From Lingula anatina (taxonomy: Eukaryota > Animalia > Brachiopoda): DNA of 64,000 nucleotides. The position numbers and the translations under genes were made by a program. The notes beneath the pieces were generated by a model, which ran no database searches, was not told where the DNA came from, and saw nothing but the letters and a program-made list of their open reading frames with translations. This document shows, piece after piece, positions 12,099 through 25,801 of this stretch. Every line of letters starts with the position of its first letter. Position 1 is the first letter of the stretch. The stretch lies in NCBI GenBank assembly GCA_051362555.1, contig CM120647.1:5580001-5644000 (forward strand). Reading direction: 5' to 3'.

Positions 12099-14929
12099 CC
12101 GCTCTGTCACAACTTTAATAAGAGTGTGGACCTGGGGAGTGACTGGGTTCCCATACCTACATCGATCTAACTGGATAGATCCATCTCCGAGAGGTTAATC
12201 GCTTAATTGATTTCACCTTAAGCGGCTTCGATGTCTGCGGCACATCTACTGAGGCTGCTAAATAATAATTAATTATTACCCTCTACCAGGGTCGCAGTTA
12301 CATTTGTGGACATTTTTGGCTGAATCGACATCAAACCAAAGTGACGGTCTAGAGACATATCGGTTAATATCTTTGGAAAATCTATCTGTCGCCCTGGTAG
12401 AGGGTAATTAATTACCCCCTAGCAACTTCAGTAGCAGGCGTAACAGACATCTAAGCTTCATAAGTTGATTGCAATTTAGGGAGAATCTCCTCGGAGATAG
12501 ATTGATCCACAGTATGTACAGGCATGGTCCCTAAATGAAGTCGTTTATCATCATTATAGCGGGACAACCGTAGAGGTGAGACCCACCTTGGGATATAATC
12601 AACCATGATATAGAGAATTGCCGGACAAGATATTTTTGTGCGCGGTGACTTCGATTACATTCAGCAATTTTTCTCATCATGAAAACAGAGTTCAAAAAAG
12701 GCTTTAAAAACGGCTGTTGAATATTTCGGAAAAGGCAGCTATGTGGTTTATTTTATTAATTCCCGTTTTCTACGACGATGGTTTTAGAAGTACAGTCATG
12801 TATACATCAATATTTACGAACCATGAGCGACTGTTTTATTTAAAACAGAGGAAAATAACACAATTGTCCTGAAAACCCGATAGTTTCAAAAGTTTCTTCC
12901 GTCTCAATTCAGAGGCATTTTTATAATGCAAACCTAATTTGCGTTATGTCGGTCCTGTATATCATCATAGTATCAGTAAACACATTAATCAGGTGATGCG
13001 ATAATATTTTACCCGGTATGTCATTTAATAAACATGCATATTTCCTTTTGTGGTATATAAACTGTGTCGTTAACATTGGAACTCATCCTTAGTTCATATG
13101 CACCAGTAGTGTTGTCAAAACAATTTAATGTAAAACAAGCAAGAAAAAAATTCAAGCGTTATCTTTGCTGAGAGAGAGGGAGAGAAAAGAGAGAGACCCT
13201 GTTTTTTTTTTTTTTTTTTTGTTTGTTTTTTTTTTTTTTTGTTTTTTTTTTTTTTTTGCGAAAGCAATGCTTGAGCCCTACTTGGAGTCAGAGCATACCG
13301 GGTAGCTATACAATACAATAACCTGCATCACTGATAATCTCCGACAACTTTCCTGGACACATTTTCATCCCAAACAGGTATATCAATGCCACAATGGAGT
13401 TACGCCACTGTGTCATTAATACCCCCTCTCCGCGTTATCAAGGTGTCGATTACGTCACTATCAAATTAACACCACCTCTCCCGCTCAGGTGACTTTATTG
13501 TGTGCCAAAGGCAATGACAGGGGGTGTTATTACAGTCTGTATGAAATGTAGCTAGGAATTTTAATTCTGTAAGAATGAGAAATGCACAGAGGCATATTGT
13601 GCGGATTCGAGAATTTGACCCCTTAAAAATTAATAAAGATTAAAAGAAAACTGAAAAGCACGCCGAAAGCGCAGGCCCCCACCAAAGCAGTTCAGTTCTT
13701 ATTGTTATTTATTAATCAGTTTCTCAATAATTTAATTAGCTTAATTATCATTATTATGTATTACTTACTTATTCACTCATTGATCAGCAAATTTTTCACA
13801 TTTTACCAATTCATTATTATTTCACTGATCAACACCAAAATCTAAACTATTCCTTACCTGTTCGGAGAATTTTACCAAAATCTCTCAACAATTTTTGCAT
13901 ATTGATGCTTAAGGACACACAACCAAATAAATTAACTAATTGATATTTAACCATTCCCAACAGTTTCTGAATATCTAACCAAATTACGTCCAGAATTTTT
14001 TTTCATAATTTTGCCAACATAGAAGCAGATAAAGGGAACCAAGCATATAAAGTGACATCCTTGGCAAAAGCAATTATAGAAAAGAAAAACCTTTTTATTT
14101 AAAGAACATTTTGCTTTACTTTTATCTGTTTGTTTTAATATTGTAATGTTAGTTTTTAATTTATCTTTAATAGTGTATGTAAATATTTAAATTAAAATAT
14201 GTAAATTATTTAAAGCGTCCCATCTACTTTGACACTGTAAAAATACGATACGATTAGTCAGAGATTTCGAAGAGAAAGTATATTAGACATGTCCTGCAGA
14301 AAAAGAAAAACAAACAAACACAGAATGTGTATTTCTAAGCAGCGATGAAGACACTAAAAAGGGAAGAAAGAATGCAAATATTATGTAGTCTCTACTTGCT
14401 CGAAAGAACCTTTTTTTTTTGTTTGCAACCACTAACGCGTTCACTTCTACGCCATTTACAAAAAAACACTGAAACTATTGACGGGAAATTATTTTATATT
14501 TTCCATTCAACTGGCGGCAAAGATGAAATTTCGATTAAGACTTAACGATTGAATGGACGACTATTTTGATCGGTAAGGCATACTTTGCACGTTAGATCAT
14601 TAAATGAAAAATACCGAATATCACGGATACAGCATAGCAAAACAAAATGACGAACAATGACAATATTGACAATATAAATATATATTTAAAAAACTCATAT
14701 TATTTAAAATTACACTTAAGGTATGTATTATGGTTAAGGATCTAAAGTTAACTTTCCTGAGGATTTCAACAATTAGTTGTCAGTCACAAAGATACTTCCT
14801 ATACGAGATGGTTGCATTATTGTTATGGGTAGGAGCACACACAGCATCTATACCATTCAACTATCACACACTTTTAACACATCTGGCTTTCGAACAAATT
14901 GGAAAAGAAACAAGAAACACAAGGTACAT

Positions 14930-15553
14930 TTACACTTTATTGCTATTTATTGAGTGTTTTATTGCTTGCTTTTCAGATATCGTTTGATAAGGAAACAAAG
15001 TTAGAGCATAAATTGAACAGTATAAGGATCATATTTTAAAACAAAATGGATTGTTTTAATTCTACAAAAAAGTTAATCACTTTATACTATTACTAATTGC
15101 GATCTAAAAGGATCGAAAACACCATCAAAACATGTCCAGTGACCAAAGCAGACTGTCTGGATGTCATGATTATAACTTCTGCTCTGTGGTGATATTAATG
15201 ACCAATGAAGGTCGCATTACCCAAAGTTACTTCATTTCTTGTATTTATATATATATCAGAAAAAGAGGGCTTCACTTTCCATTTTTATAAAACGACATGA
15301 TGTACATTAATTACACGTTGCCCATGCCTACGATGGTCAGTTGTTTGTTCTTAGTAGTTCAAAATCTGTTTGCGATGAGATATGTTGAGAAAAGGACCAG
15401 TTGGATGAAAAATACGCAAATATGTTTATATTACACCAATCAAATCACTGATTTTTTTTTTCATCTCCGGCACGATCTTGTACCAATCCAGGTTGACTCT
15501 TGCAGGAAAGCGGATGTCACGTGTTGGAAGGATAGTGTGCCCAGATGATACAA
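14930..15553 (-). other. Non-coding last exon (3' UTR) of gene C
   Basis: Conserved acceptor at 15553; AATAAA at 14946-14951. Confidence 0.62.
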
Positions 15554-15870
15554 CTGAAAGACGAAAGAGGAATAAATAAATAAATAAGTAAATAAATATA
15601 AATAAATTAACTGTTTTTGTCTGCAGGTCATTTTGCCAAACAGACAGTTAAGATTTAATAACTTTAACGTACATGTACAGGTGATGTGCACAAAGATTGG
15701 AATGAAAATATTTAGATTAAACTTTTCTCTCAGAGAGAGTTTATGGTAATTCAACATCAACGCATCTTTCAGAGTAATATTTTATCTACGCAAGATCACA
15801 TTTAGTCTGAATTGCATAATTTTACACAGTGACTTCATGCTATTTACGTACGTTCTTTACCTCTTTAGCG

Positions 15871-16690
15871 TTAAAGATCCAGGAGTCTTTTAAGTAGGTT
15901 GATATTGGCATCTTCACCTGAAAGCAAAGTCATATAGTCCGGTTGCTTAGGGCAAAAAAATGGCCAAATCGTGACACGGCGGATAAAAGCACCAAATTTT
16001 GCATGTGGGTACCTTTTGACATACTAAATCAAATTAGAGCCGTAGCCCACGGAAAAAAATTACCGTTTGGCCAAAAAATCCAAAATGGCCGCCAATTTGT
16101 GAAATTTTGTAGAAATATATACATACTTTTGTTGATTTTTATCAAATAAAGTATTTTCTCAGTGTTTTCCACATCCTTATTACCCATATTATGCATGTAT
16201 GTCAGATGAAAAACGAGTGTCCTTGGACTTTTTGAAAATACAAGATGGCCGCCGTATGGCATAGGAATACTAGAACATGTACAAGGGTTTTCAACTAATG
16301 CCAACTAGGAAGATGCATTGCCCACTATCTAATTAATTTTGTTTCTGAGTGCCTTATTACAGAAATAATATATTTTGGTAAGTAACTAACCTTTATTCTC
16401 AGGCATTTCGAGAAAAATCCAAGATGGTCGCCATATCAAAGAAACACTATAGTATACACATAGGGCTTCTTCTGCCATGGAGATATAATATTAATTGATA
16501 AATTAGGCTTGTTTCTGAGTATTTTCCACATCTTTTTAATCCACATAATATATATGTGATGAGAATGTTATGTGTATCCTTTTTGAAACAAAACAAAATG
16601 GCTGTCAATAGCCATAGAAGGTGGGGTTAAGTTAATACCTGCGAGAGATAGGCTTCAATATAAAATGAAGCTAAATTCAGTTGTTTTTCT

Positions 16691-16735
<45 letters not shown>

Positions 16736-19030
16736 CCCATGATACATGTCTGTTAGGTAAGTAATGTTCATATTTGATCATTTTGGGGAAATCCAAGATG
16801 GCCTTCTTTTCCCCATAGGAAAACTGGTGCATTGGATTTTATAGGCACTTCTACGGCAAATCAGGGTCATTATGATATTTTGTCAAAATACTTAACGGTA
16901 CACACTTGTAATCCACCAGATAGATATCTCAAAGTCCAAAAAGAATGTGAAATACCAAGAAACAAAAATCATTTTATAATGAACCCAATGTCTCTCTGGC
17001 ACTAGTTGACTGTACTATTCCTATTGTGAATTGCAGCAATCTTGAATTTTCTCAAATACGCTAGATGCACACTTGCTACACCCCAGATTTATATAGAGTA
17101 AGGTTAATAAGGATGTCAACGTGTTTGAACATCAAACGGCTTTATTTCATGTTGGAATCAATGTCTGAACTGTTCCATTAATTGACACCTCTGTGCATTT
17201 GAATGATATATTCCTATCGCAACTGGCAGCTATCCTCGGTTTTCTCCGAATAATACTCAAGGATACATACACTTTCTACACACACACACACAAAGTCTTT
17301 CATAAGGATAAATAGGATATGAAAGGGAAAACGTTTAAAAACAATCAAAAGTTAACTACATTTAAATTGTACTCAGTGTATCTCTGGCATTATTTGATTA
17401 TGTGTACGAATATTCTAATGACAAAAGGCAGATATCTTGAATTTTTTTCAGAATACCCAAAGATACACACATGCTACAGACGAGGTTTACATCATAGGGG
17501 TAATAATAAATGGAAAGAAAAATGTAGATTATTTTTAAAACAAACCCATGGTAATGTAATTGTATAATGAACCACATGCCGCAATTGAAACCCACCCATT
17601 AGTATTCCTATGTCAAATTGTAGCTATTTTGGATTTTCTCAGAATATCCATGGATGCACACTATTTCCCCACCAGATATATATCATAGGAATAATAAGGA
17701 TGGGCAAAACTTAATAAGCAAACACAATTTCACCCTGGTAGTAGATGAAAAGCCATGGATGTGCAGTTGTAATTCCAGTAGCATTCCTATGGCCAATGAC
17801 GGCCATCTTGGATTTTCTCAGAATGATCAAAAATGCACATTTATTACCTGCTAGATATGTATCACAGTGTAATAATAATGTGTAAAACACTGAAAAATAA
17901 ACTGAATTTGACAGTGAATTATGTTTTTCCTAGCTGGCATTAGTTCTAACCCTTTGTAATACTAGAAGAATTCCTATGACATATGGCGGCCATCTTGGAT
18001 TTTCTCAAAATGCCCAAGAATACATGTTAGTAACTCACCACATACATTGTGTGGGTGGAAAGGATGTGGAAAACACTCAGAAACAAACTTAATTTGATAG
18101 TGGAAAATTAATCTTTCCAGTTGCCATTAGTTGAATCTCCCGTATACTAGAATTCCTGTGGCACATGGCAGCCATCTTGGATTTTCCAAAATGCCCAAGA
18201 ACACTTCGCAGTTTCTCACCACAAACATATTATGTGGGTAACAAAAACCTGAGAAACAGACTTAATTTGATAGTGCACAACATATCTTTATAGCTGGTAT
18301 TAGTTATGCACTAGATTTCCTATGGCTGTTTCTATGGCATATGACAGCCATCTTGGATTTTTTCAAAAAGTCCAAGGGAACTTGTTTACTATCTGACATA
18401 TATGAATAAAATGGGAAATAAGGGTGTGGAAAACTCTGAGTAAATAATTTATTTGATAAAAATAAACATGGGTATGTACATATTTCTAAAGAATTCCATA
18501 AATTGGCGGCCATTTTGGATTTTTTGACCAAACGGTAAATTGTTTGAGAGGGCTACGGCTCTAATTTGATTTAGAATGTCAAAAGGTAACTACATGCCAA
18601 ATTTGGTGCTTTTATCCGCCGTGTCACGATTTTTTCCTTAAGCCACCGGACTAATACAAAGTTATATTAAAATATCGAAGTAGGTATGCAGACACATAAT
18701 TACTGAAGCAGCTTCTGTAAACTTAGATGATAAACGAAAGTCAGGTGTTCTCACCTGCCATAAAAACTGTTTGCAAATGAATTTTATCACTAATTCAAGT
18801 TTCTAACTATAAAAAACTGTTCGCATGCGTGTGTTCTTACCGTAACCTCTTCGGTTCAGTTCGTCGTCGGTCTCACCGTCGAACACCCGCTGGGTTTTAT
18901 ACCCTGAAATGGGACGACAAAAATCAATGCAAAGCTTTTTTTCTGTCACAAATATGGGACCAAATATGGGTGCATTTTTAAGAATTAAAATACAGAAAGA
19001 TACAGTTTCCATGCAGTTAATTTCCCATTG

Positions 19031-19062
<32 letters not shown>

Positions 19063-19226
19063 GTTTATTCATTATTTCATTACTTTCCCCTAAGGCCCAA
19101 GTGTATGTTCCTGTGAGCTGTAGTTGGTTAGTCGTCACGTTTGTACATGTATGTTTGTGTGTTACCTCCGAAACGCCGTTTATCGTCGTTAATCCTCTGG
19201 GCTCTATACCCTGAAATTGAGCAGGC

Positions 19227-19258
<32 letters not shown>

Positions 19259-21373
19259 TGTTTTATTTTATTAAAACTTTTTCAATGATTGTGCATTTTC
19301 ATAAAAAATGAGTTTTTCTATATCAAAAATTGCATTGTTGCATATAACGCACCATGACTTTTTGGCGAAAAGAACAAGGTAACAAGGACCTTTTAAGGAT
19401 ACTTTTAAATATAACTCTTTGTGTGTGAGTTGTTGTTGTTGTTGCTGTTTGTATGAGTGTTTTTATCCATGAAGGTGTGCTTTCACCTCTACCTCTCTTC
19501 TCTGTCTCTATGTCGGTGGCTTTGGCATTTGCCTTTTCAGCTCTATACCCTAAATAAAAATAATAATTGTTTTGCAGTATCTTGCCCGTCATCAAATAAT
19601 AACAATGGAATATCTCTCCAAACTTTATTCACTTGAAAGTACCGTTTTTGTTTTAAGATGTACTAACGTAATATATTTCTTCGCCTTATTATCTCACCAA
19701 CCAAAAATTATTCTTCAAATCAGTACCAAGTGCCATTATATTAGGCTGCAAAGACAAGACGACATCGCGGTTTAAATGAGTCATAATAAGCTGAGAACTA
19801 TTTTTCCATTCAAAATGCTACAAAACAGCTATCACAAATAAAGGAACGGACCGGGCAATGATTTCTCAGTAGGAAAATGCATTGTCTTCGTCTACTTACT
19901 GTACCCATATCCTGAAACAAATAAGGAGGTTCCAAATTTATATTTCGTCTGTTGCCATAATAAAAACGGCGATGGTCACAAGCCATTTGAGACTTCAAAA
20001 CCAACTTTGTGATACAATTAAATTACCTAACCAAATGTCTTTTAATGACTCTGACCATTTTTTTTAAATTAAAAACCTTTTTAATTTAAAGTATATTTTG
20101 ATCAGCTGTATCCGGGCAATGATTCATCAGTAAGAAAATGCACTTTCTTCGTCTACTTACGGTAACACCTTCGTCTACTTACCGTAATATCCTGAAACAA
20201 ATAAGTAGGTTCCAAATTAATATTTTGGCTGTTACCATAATAAAAACGTATGGTCACAGGATTTTTGAGACTTCAACACCAACTGTGTGATCCGGTTTTA
20301 TTACCAAAAAATCGTCTTTTAATGACTTTTAATGACCATTTTTTTTAATTAAAAACCTTTTAATTTAAAGTATATTTTGATCAATTGTATCCTTTAGTTT
20401 TTAATTACTTTTATCACTTAGTTTTTAATTCATTTGTGCAGTTTTAGTTTTATATACATATGCTGAGACGCATTTAAGAAATAAGTAATTGTCGTTATTA
20501 TTATAAAATCATTTTGTTTATATCTGTTCACGTTTATGTGCTTCCGTATGTGTTTCGATATTTTGTAACTGCAGGTATTGTAGGTGTTTTGTTTGGTCAC
20601 CGTGAAATCTCTTCATTTCGTCTTTTTCATCACTGTCGTCGACGTCTTGGTCGTCTAAAACTGGAATTAAGCAAGCATTTTGTTATTCAGAAAAACTGTT
20701 TCATAGACAGCATTGCCTAAGTAATTAAATTCAGGAAAATTTTGAAGTAACAATTAGATAACGCACCTAACTTCATATATTTAATTAAACCTTTCACACG
20801 CCTCCCCATGTGTCGTCCCAATGGAGCCGAGATTTAATGACTGTACCCCCACAGGGACGACGCATAGGGAGGCGTGTGAGAGGCGGAGAGACTATTAAAA
20901 GATTAGGCGGTTTTCCTTTCATGTATGTATGCCATATTTAGTTCGTGACTTTGTAGAGCCATGGCTCAACTCATTGTGAATGCGGTCCTACAATATCTTT
21001 TTTTTTTTTACTTACATAAATCTTTAACTATTTCTAACGTTACTCTGTCCAACGGATATTTTCATTTGTCAAGTGGTCATTAACAGAAATTCAAGACAAA
21101 ACACGGAAACGATACGGATGGGCCTTCATTACAATGACGTCACCAAGATAGACAACAATGCACTCCAACAGAATCACACGCCTTTGAAGACATAAGTGAA
21201 ATACTTCACATCATACTGCATCAAGATAATTAAAACTTCAACTTCTAGTGCACAGAGTGATCGAACAAAAAAGAGACAGAAGCAGAATTTTGCTTTTTTT
21301 TCTCGCGAAAAACCCGTTTTGATGCGAAGAGCAAGATCACAAACATCTTATAAGAATAATTTTAAATATAACG

Positions 21374-21414
<41 letters not shown>

Positions 21415-23154
21415 TGTATGTTTATATACATGCGTGCGTGCTCTTACCGTTACCTCTTTTCTCCGTCTCTGTGTCAGTGGCTTTGTCGTTTACCTTTTCA
21501 GCTCTATACCCTCTATACCCTAGATAAAGAAATAATTGTTTTATAGTATCTTGCCCGTGACCAAAATAACAGCAATGGCATATCTCCCCAAATTTTATTC
21601 ACTTGAAAATATACCGTTTGTATTTTAAGATGTACTAAAGTCATATATTTCTACGTCTAATTATCTCACCAAACAAAAACAATTTTCCAAATTAGAGCTT
21701 TAAACGAAAAAAAAACAACAAAATAGTGCCTGGTACTATAATTTTTGGCTGCATAGTCAAGAAGACAAGGCGGTTTAAATGAATCATAATATGTTTAGAA
21801 CTATTTTTCATCAAACTTGCTATAAATCTCTTAGTTGGAAAAAGAATGTTCTTCGTCTACTTACCGTACCTATACGGATACCCTGAAAGAAAACATGTAA
21901 GCTTCAATTAAATGTTTTTTTTTTTGTTTTTTTTTTTTTTTAATATAATTTCATAATAAAAAAGGCGATAATAAAAACGTATGGTCACAGGATTTTTGAG
22001 ACTACAACACCAATTTTGTGATCCAATTTTATCAACAAATGTGTCTTTTAATGGCTCTTATCATTATTAAAAAAAGGTACGTTTTTATTTACATAATGTT
22101 TTGATTAACTGCATCTTTTAGTATTTAATTACTTTTATAATTTATTTTTTATTTAGCTGTGCACATTAAGTTTTTAATATACACATGTAAACAAAGCTGA
22201 AACGCATGTGTTGCCTTGTTTTTGAGTAATTTATTATTGTTATTATTATCATTATTATTATAATTATTTTAAAAAAACATTCATTTTGGTAATATCAATG
22301 CACGTTCGGGTGCTTGCATGTATGTTTCAATGTTATGTGTCTGCAGGTACTGTATGCTTAGGCTCTATTCCCATAGATTTTAGATCGATCTATCCCCGCG
22401 GGGAGTCTCACTAGATTACTTTCAGATAATCCGACTTAAATGTCCGTCCCGCCTACTACAAGCTGTAAGAGGGTAATTAACTTTCGTGTCCGCCCGGCTG
22501 ACAGCTATTTAGCGTGAACCCCCAGGGAGTTAGGTCGATCTAAAGTAGGTCGATCTAATCTATGGAAATGGGGTGTTAGTTTGCATGGTCACCGTAATAT
22601 CCGTAAGATCTTTTCATTTCGTTGTTTTCATCACTGGCGCCGACATCTTGGTCTTCTAGCACTGGAATTAAGCAAGCACTTTGTTATTCAAGAAAACTAT
22701 TTGATAGACATCATTACTAGCTTAGCACTTTAAATCAGGGTTAATGTTTAGTAATAGCTTAGATAGCACTTTACCTCACATATTTTATGAAGCCCACATT
22801 TTTTGTTATTGAATAATATCATTTTTCAAATCTTTTCACTTAAATGCACTTTTACTTATTTCAAACGTTTCAATACCCAACGGATAGTGGTTATTAACAG
22901 AAATCAACGACAAAATACGGATAAAATATTAGCAGAAACCAACGATTTGAATAGACATTTATTCACATGACATCATAAAGATAGACAACATTGCACGCCA
23001 ACAGAATCAGACGCCTTTAATACTTCACTTAATACTTCACTTCATACTACATCAAGATAAAAAGGATACTATAAATATAACTCGCTCTCGCTCTCTCTCT
23101 ATCTCTCTCTCTTTTTCTTTCCTCTCTGTGTATTTGTTGTTGTTGTTGTCGATG

Positions 23155-23192
<38 letters not shown>

Positions 23193-24519
23193 GTTTATAC
23201 ATGCGTGCGTGCTCTTACCGTTACCTCTTTTCTCCGCCTCTATGTCAATGGCTTTGTCGTTTACCTTTTCAGCTCTATACCCTCTATACCCTAAATAAAG
23301 AAATAATAATTGTTTAATAGTATCTTGCCCGTGACCAAAATAACAGCAATGGAATATCTCCCCAAACTTTATTCACTTGAAAATATACCATTTGTATTTT
23401 AAGATGTACTAAAGTCATATATTTCTACGTCTAATTATCTCACCAAACAAAAACTATTTTCCAAACCAGAGCTTTAAACGAAAAAACAACAACAAAATAG
23501 TACCTGGTACAATAATTTTTGTCTGCATAGTCAAGAAGACAAGGCAGTTTAAATGAATCATAATATACTTAGAACTATTTTTTCATCAGGCTTGCTATAA
23601 ATTTCTCAGTTGGAAAGAGTTTTTTCTTCGTCTACTTACCGTACCTATACGGATACCCTGAAAGAAAATATGTAGGTTGCAATTGAATGTTTTTTCTGTT
23701 ACCATAATAAAAACGGCGATAATAAAAGCGTACGGTCACAGATTTTTGAGACTACAACACCAATTTTGTCACCCAATGTATTTTAACAAATCAAATGTCT
23801 CTAAATGGCTCTTATAATTATTTTTAAAAATTAAGAACCATCTTATTTATAGTATATTTTGATTAAATATATCTTTTAGTTTTAAATAACTTTTATAATT
23901 TAGTTTTTCATTTATCTGTGTAGTTTTAGTTTTATTCACGTTCATGTGTTTCAATATTTAGTGTCAGCAGGTACTGTAGGTGTTATGTTTGGTCACCGTA
24001 ATATCCGCCATATCTCTTTACTTCGTCTTCAGCCTCACTGGCGGCGACTTCTTGGTCTTCTAGCACTATTATATTATATTATATTATATTATATTATATT
24101 ATATTATATTATATTATATTATTATAATTAAGCAAGTATTTTATTATTGAAGAAAACTGTCAGATTGAAATCATTACCTAGGTACTTAAAATCTGATTAT
24201 TTTAGCAATATCTTAAATAACACACCAAAACTCATATACATTTCAAGCTCCCACACACGCTCACACAAACAAGCACAAATACGGGTAGACGCAATCACAC
24301 ACATACCAAATCAAAAGATCAAAATAAAACGCAAATGTGCAAGCACACACATATACACACCCAAAATCAAGAATACCTAAAAAAAAAAAACAAAGATACA
24401 AACTTAGACACACACACAAAACACACACACACTGTTTTCTTACCTCTCTCTCCCAATACTCCTACATGTATAATAACCAGCCCACAAACGAGGAAGAAAA
24501 AAAGAAGTGGATTCTTCAT
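15871..24519 (-). CDS. Gene C: secreted KR-processed Gly/Tyr/Arg-rich repeat peptide precursor (~230 aa, 14 coding exons)
   Basis: Exons: 24444-24519, 23997-24065, 23640-23657, 23219-23290, 22593-22661, 21865-21882, 21448-21519, 20601-20660, 20183-20191, 19900-19911, 19487-19549, 19166-19210, 18841-18903, 15871-15917. Joined translation: MKNPLLFFFLVCGLVIIHVGVLGERVLEDQEVAASEAEDEVKRYGGYYGYPYRYGYRGYRAEKVNDKAIDIEAEKRGNVLEDQDVGASDENNEMKRSYGYYGYPYRYGYRGYRAEKVNDKATDTETEKRGNVLDDQDVDDSDEKDEMKRFHGYYGYGYRYRAEKANAKATDIETEKRGRGYRAQRINDDKRRFGGYKTQRVFDGETDDELNRRGYGEDANINLLKRLLDL*. Confidence 0.82.
15935..18653. mobile_element. Non-autonomous DNA transposon, Academ-like (TAG...CTA termini, long TIRs, 3-bp TSD ATA)
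   Basis: Left end TAGTCCGGTTGCTTAGGG...CGTGACACGGCGGATAAAAGCACCAAATTT matches the reverse complement of the right end over roughly 300 bp. ATA is duplicated at 15932-15934 and 18654-18656. The empty site gtcATAcaaag is present in gene B at ~7181. Internal ~120-bp 'gccatcttggattt' subrepeats; no transposase ORF. Confidence 0.85.
20790..20988. mobile_element. Truncated copy of the palindromic MITE seen at 28862-29163
   Basis: Near-identical core cacacgcctccccatgtgtcgtcccaatggagccg...gggaggcgtgtgagaggcggagag; absent from the gene B equivalent intron (~10110). Confidence 0.7.
22361..22575. mobile_element. PIF/Harbinger (Tourist-like) MITE, TTA TSD
   Basis: TTA on both sides (22358-22360, 22576-22578); TIR ...ttcccatagattttagatcga / tcgatctaatctatggaaat. 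Same family as 28539-28764 and 58636-58849. Confidence 0.75.
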
Positions 24520-24589
24520 AGCTAAATTCCGATCGGTTGTCGCCACGTCTGTGATTTTACAAGCAGTGTCCGTTTATCGGTCAAAGTAA

Positions 24590-24643
24590 AATGAGCTGCT
24601 GGCTGATATTCGCGGCTATGATATCATTTGGGAGTCACGCCCA
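24590..24643 (-). promoter_or_regulatory. Core promoter of gene C with degenerate TATA (TATCATA)
   Basis: Aligns with the A/B promoters; TATA position 24617-24623. Confidence 0.55.
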
Positions 24644-25748
24644 CCTCTCTGTCACAACTTTAATAAGAGTGTGGACCTGGGGAGTGACTGGGTTCCCATA
24701 CCTACATCGATCTAACTGGATAGATCCATCTCCGAGAGGTTAATCGCTTAATTGCTTTCACCCTAAGCGGCTTCGATATCTGCGGCTCACCTACTGAGGC
24801 TGCTAAATAATAATTAATTATTACCCTCTACCAGGGTCGCAGTTATATTTGTGGACATTTTTGGCTGAATCGACATCAAATCAAAGTGACGGTCTATTTA
24901 TCTAGAGACATATCGGTGAATATCTTTGGAAAATCTTTCTATCGCCCTGGTAGAGGGTAATTAATTACCACCTAGCAGGTTCAGTAGGCGTAACAGACAT
25001 CTAAGCTTCATAAGTTGATTTCAATTTAGGGAGAATCTCCTCGAGGATAGATCGATTCACAGTTAGTACGGGAATGGTCCCTAAATGAAGCTGTTTATCA
25101 TCATAAAAGCGTGACAACCGTAGAGGAGATACCCACCTTGGGATATAATCAACCACGATATAGAAAATTGCCGGACAAGATATTTTTGTGCGCGGTGACT
25201 TCGATTACATTCAGCAATTTTTCTCATCATGAAAACAGAGTTCAAAAAAGGCTTTAAAAACGGCTGTTGAATATTTCGGAAGAGGCAGCTAGGTGGTTTA
25301 ATTTATTAATTCCCGTTTTCTACGACAATGGTTTTAGAAGAACAGTCATGTATGCATCACTATTTAAGAACCATGAGCGACTGTTTTATTTAAAACAGAA
25401 GAAAATAACACAGTTGTCCTGAAAATCCGATAGTTCCAAAAGTTTCTTCCGTCTCAATTCAGAGGCATTTTTATAATGCAAACCTAATTTGCGTTATGTC
25501 GGTCCTGTATATCATCATACTATCAGTTTACACATTAATCAGGTGATGCGATAATATTTTATCGGGTATGTCATTTAATAAACATGCATATTTCCTTTTG
25601 TGGTATATAAACTGTGTCGTTAACATTGGAACTCATCCTTAGTTCATATACACCAGTAGTGTTGTCAAAACAATTTAATGTAAAACAAGCAAGAAAAAAA
25701 TCCCAGCGTTATCTTTGCTGAGAGAGAGAGAGAGAAGAGAGAGACCCT

Positions 25749-25801
<53 letters not shown>

